Assembly (NCBI GenBank): GCA_963662335.2
Contig: CAXXVD010000002.1
Span: 64,001-128,000 of the forward strand
Direction: 5' to 3'
DNA length: 64,000 nt
DNA from: Chloroflexota bacterium
Lineage (GTDB): Bacteria > Chloroflexota > UBA11872 > VXOZ01
The notes beneath the pieces are model-generated. The model was not told where the DNA came from. It was given only the letters and a program-made list of their open reading frames with translations, and made no database searches. Below, one piece after another: positions 60,864 through 64,000 of this stretch. The stretch's first letter is position 1. Every line of letters begins with the position of its first letter. The position numbers and the translations under genes were made by a program.

Positions 60864-61292
60864 TTAGGCAAACGAGCGTTTGAGCAGCGCCAGCCATTGC
60901 AGGAAATAGCCCCACTCCGCATCGTAGGGAGTGGCCGCGAGCGAGCGGTCTTGGGATGAGACGCCCTTCCGGCCCGGCGCGCTCGCCGCGCGGACGCCGT
61001 CCAGCGGCAGCAAGAGCAGCGCTTCCCCGGGTTCCACCAGCCCCAGGCGTTCTTTGGCCACGGTACGGACGTAAGACTCCGTGCCCCGGCGGGCCAACTC
61101 CTGCTGTAGGGCGGCGTTCTCCGCTTCCCGCTCCGCCAGGCGCTGCTCCAGCACCAGTACGCGCTGGTTGACCTCGTAGCTATTGAGCACGCGCGCCGGA
61201 AAGCCGGTGAGCGTGATGGCAATGACCAGTCCCGCGAGCAGGAGCACAAATCGCGTCACGCGCGCCGGTATCCGGTCGTCAGGGATGCGCAT
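60864..61292 (-). CDS. ftsB: Septum formation initiator FtsB/DivIC
   Basis: TM helix, coiled coil, VAKERLGLVEPGE. Confidence 0.8.
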   Translation of the reverse strand: MRIPDDRIPARVTRFVLLLAGLVIAITLTGFPARVLNSYEVNQRVLVLEQRLAEREAENAALQQELARRGTESYVRTVAKERLGLVEPGEALLLLPLDGVRAASAPGRKGVSSQDRSLAATPYDAEWGYFLQWLALLKRSFA

Positions 61293-61589
61293 GGTTTACG
61301 GTCTCGCGTAGGTACTGAGGCGGCCTGCCGCGCGGGCCTACGAGGCGTGAGGCATAACGGGGAGGCGCAGCGCCGGTGTGGAAACCCGCCGCTAATTCCA
61401 CACGTGATTCTAGCACAAACGGCGGCGGCGCGGCAGCCTCCGTCATTTCCACGAAAAGGGGCAACACACTCCGTCATCACTCTGAAAACAGCGCGGCCGG
61501 CTCCGTCATTCCCGCGCACGCGGGAATGACGATTGGAAGACGCAATCTTCGCCCTCAGTGGCGCGGTTAACCGGCCTTAGTGAGCGCCG

Positions 61590-62468
61590 TCAACCGCTCT
61601 CCGGCGTGGCGTACTCCCGCTCCCAGGCGCGGAACTGCTCAACGTTCACGCACTCGGTAAATTCGTCCAGCGTCGTCATGTCGGTGACGCTGGCGGTGGT
61701 GCCGTGTTCCTTGAGGGCCGTATAGACGTGCTGCATGGCGCGGGCCGCGGAAAAGAGCGCCGAAAGCGGATAGACTACGATCTTGAAGCCAATCTCAGCC
61801 AGGGCGTCCGGCGCCAGCACCGGCGTCTTGCCGCCCTCGATCATGTTGGCGAAGAGCGGCGCGTCCGGGAACGCCGCGGCCACGGCGTGCAGTTCGTCCA
61901 GCGACTGGGGCGCTTCGATGAAGACCACGTCCGCGCCGGCCTCGTAGTAGGCGCGGCCGCGTTCCAGGGCGTCGTCCAGTCCCAGCACCGCGCGGGCGTC
62001 GGTGCGGGCGATGATCACCAGGCCGGAATCGCCCCGGGCGTCCACGGCGGCGCGCAGTTTCTGCACGTGGTCTTCCATGGGAATCACCCGCTTGCCCTCC
62101 AGGTGGCCGCACTTCTTGGGCCACTCCTGGTCTTCCAGGATGATGCCGGCCACGCCCTGCGCCACGCACTCGTTCACGGTGCGTATCACGTTGAGCGGGT
62201 TGCCGTAGCCGGTGTCCATGTCGGCCACCAGGGGCACGCTGACGCTCCGCACGATGTTGTGCACGCGGTCGAGAATTTCGCTGGCGGTCATCAGGCCCAG
62301 GTCCGGCACGCCGAGCGCGCTGGCGGCAAAGCCGAAACCGGTGGTAAAGACGGTCTCGAAGCCGGCCTGCTCCGCCAGCCGCGCGCTCAGGCAGTCGTAC
62401 GCGCCGGGCAGGACGACGATACCGGGTTTTTCAATTAGAGCCCGCAATTGGGCGGCACGTTCATTCAC
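61590..62468 (-). CDS. Isocitrate lyase/PEP mutase family (methylisocitrate-lyase-like)
   Basis: GAYDCLSA, DMDTGYG, EDQEWPKKCGH, IARTDA. Confidence 0.92.
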   Translation of the reverse strand: MNERAAQLRALIEKPGIVVLPGAYDCLSARLAEQAGFETVFTTGFGFAASALGVPDLGLMTASEILDRVHNIVRSVSVPLVADMDTGYGNPLNVIRTVNECVAQGVAGIILEDQEWPKKCGHLEGKRVIPMEDHVQKLRAAVDARGDSGLVIIARTDARAVLGLDDALERGRAYYEAGADVVFIEAPQSLDELHAVAAAFPDAPLFANMIEGGKTPVLAPDALAEIGFKIVVYPLSALFSAARAMQHVYTALKEHGTTASVTDMTTLDEFTECVNVEQFRAWEREYATPESG

Positions 62469-62727
62469 CGCACATGCTCCTTGTTTTCTTCTTACCTAAG
62501 GATGCCGCACATTCATAGAGACATTGTAGCCGCAGGCGCGTGTCCACACACGATACCGGGCCGTCCGAACGACCTGCTGCCCCACGCGGCTTGACGAATC
62601 ACACTTGACGGGCATAGGCTAACGCTATCGGGCTTAACGTTTACGGAAAGGGGGTGAGTTCCCATCGGCCCTACGCGAGAAGAGGCCACGTGACTCTAGG
62701 TTTGGTTCAAACGAAGGAGACAAGTAA

Positions 62728-64000
62728 GTGGATATCCGAGAACGCTTTTCGCGGCGTCGTCTGTTGGGCGGTATCGGCGCATTCTCCGCGGGCAGTCTCT
62801 TGTTCGCGGCGTGCGGCCAAGCGGCGCCTATGGAATCCGGCGGGGAGATGGCACAGGAGGAAACGGCCAAGGAAGAGGCCGAACAGCCCGCCATGGCCGA
62901 GCCGGTGGAGGTGCAGTGGCTCACCCACCACAACAGCCGCCAATTGGACAACGTGGACGGACTGGTCAAGGAGCCATTTGAAAACGATAATCCCGGCATC
63001 ACGCTCAAGTGGATCATTTGGTCCGGCGACCGCCGCGAGTTCCTGCTGACGCTCGTGGCCGGCGGCCAAGCGCCTGACGTTGCCTGGCTCACCGATCCGG
63101 CGCTCACGGCGCTCGGCGCGGTGCAAGCCATCGACGACCGGGTCGCCAAGGACCAGATCGACCTCAGCCCCTTCCCGGAAGCGGCCATGGACGCTTGGTT
63201 CCGCCGCGACGGGAAGCTCTTTGCCCTGCCGAACCAGTCCGGCGGCGACTGGCCGGTGGCGCCGACCAACAAGCGCATGTACGAGGAGGAAGGCCTAAAC
63301 CTGCCGCCCACCGATTGGACTGACCCCGATTGGACCTTCGACCGCTTCCGGACGGAGATGAAGCGATTGACCAAGGAAGACGGCGGCCAGCCCACGCAGC
63401 TCGGCCTGCTGGGGGCGAGTCCGGTCTACCTCTTCATCGACTGGCCGAACCTCTTCGATACCGAATGGATCGCCGACGATAACCGCACGGTGATCTCGGA
63501 CGATCCGGCGTTGGTGGATGCCTATGAAAAGTTCTTCGATATGGCTATCCAGGACCGCTCCGTGGCCAAGCCGGGACAGGTAAACGACCTTTTCGGTACC
63601 AATGTCAGGACGGCGTTCGTCGAGGAACGGGGCGCCATGCTGCGCAGCGCGCCCGGCGGCTTCTTCATGATACTGGAGGCAATCCAACGCGGCGCGCCGT
63701 TCGTCTACAGCCCCATTTTTCGCGGCACCAGCGCGCGGCCGGTCTCACACCTGAACCTGGACGGCAACGGCATCGTGGTCGGCTCCAAGCAACCCGACGC
63801 CGGTTGGGCACTCATCAAGTGGGGCAGCCGCACGATCAACTGGGCGATTTCGCGCGGTACCGGCTTCCATCGCGTGGACTTCTTCGACGAATGGGCGGAG
63901 AACATCTACGGCGATAAGGCCTTCCAGGCGGAGGTGCGGCTGGAGGTCTACCGCGACGCGCTGCAGTACGCGGTGCCGGCGGGACGCTCCTTCCGCTCGG
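62728..64000 (+). CDS. Partial ABC substrate-binding lipoprotein with Tat signal
   Basis: GTG 62728 after AAGGAG: MDIRERFSRRRLLGG...FAAC, AGGQAPDV; appears open to the window end; not in the ORF track. Confidence 0.85.
   Translation, partial: MDIRERFSRRRLLGGIGAFSAGSLLFAACGQAAPMESGGEMAQEETAKEEAEQPAMAEPVEVQWLTHHNSRQLDNVDGLVKEPFENDNPGITLKWIIWSGDRREFLLTLVAGGQAPDVAWLTDPALTALGAVQAIDDRVAKDQIDLSPFPEAAMDAWFRRDGKLFALPNQSGGDWPVAPTNKRMYEEEGLNLPPTDWTDPDWTFDRFRTEMKRLTKEDGGQPTQLGLLGASPVYLFIDWPNLFDTEWIADDNRTVISDDPALVDAYEKFFDMAIQDRSVAKPGQVNDLFGTNVRTAFVEERGAMLRSAPGGFFMILEAIQRGAPFVYSPIFRGTSARPVSHLNLDGNGIVVGSKQPDAGWALIKWGSRTINWAISRGTGFHRVDFFDEWAENIYGDKAFQAEVRLEVYRDALQYAVPAGRSFRS

Noticed and set aside
61438-61531. 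Three CTCCGTCAT repeats at ~31-bp spacing
   Set aside because: Decayed arms of repeat family B, not a CRISPR or iteron array

Overview
High-GC bacterial window with about 50 real genes, no rRNA, tRNA or CRISPR, and dense palindromic repeats. Tat-lipoprotein ABC binding proteins, DUF1640-type coiled-coil proteins and paralog expansions suggest a Chloroflexota-like, possibly host-associated genome (inference only). Left to right: (1) a partial Thr-N-terminal proteasome-beta-like Ntn hydrolase absent from the ORF track. (2) An ~18 kb cluster of sugar/amine-modifying enzymes (deacetylases, DegT aminotransferase, GldA-like dehydrogenase, C45 acyltransferase, nucleotidyltransferase-fold protein, transglutaminase-like protein, amidohydrolase, two sulfatases, MDR dehydrogenase) interrupted by a frameshifted Fic pair. 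(3) An ABC exporter. (4) A putative defence island: HD dNTPase plus YwgA/Panacea-like partner, a decayed queF 5' copy fused to a truncated HEPN, an MNT, and a ThsB-like TIR plus membrane protein; then katG, queF and yhhQ. (5) LamG/propeller protein, MATE, ArsR-VOC. (6) Duplicated MMPL transporters around a Dam-type methylase and a NotI-like endonuclease carrying a nonsense codon, with three paralogous membrane proteins and an esterase. (7) MFS, TA modules, two RidA, epimerases, an IS982 deletion derivative, a YyaL-like protein, ABC binding proteins, dut, ftsB and an ICL/PEP-mutase enzyme. Best candidates for undescribed biology: the TIR+membrane and HD+Panacea-like two-gene modules, the proteasome-like gene, and an IS4-like MITE that inserts into a REP palindrome while carrying a copy of that REP. 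All family assignments come from motif recognition by eye, not database searches.
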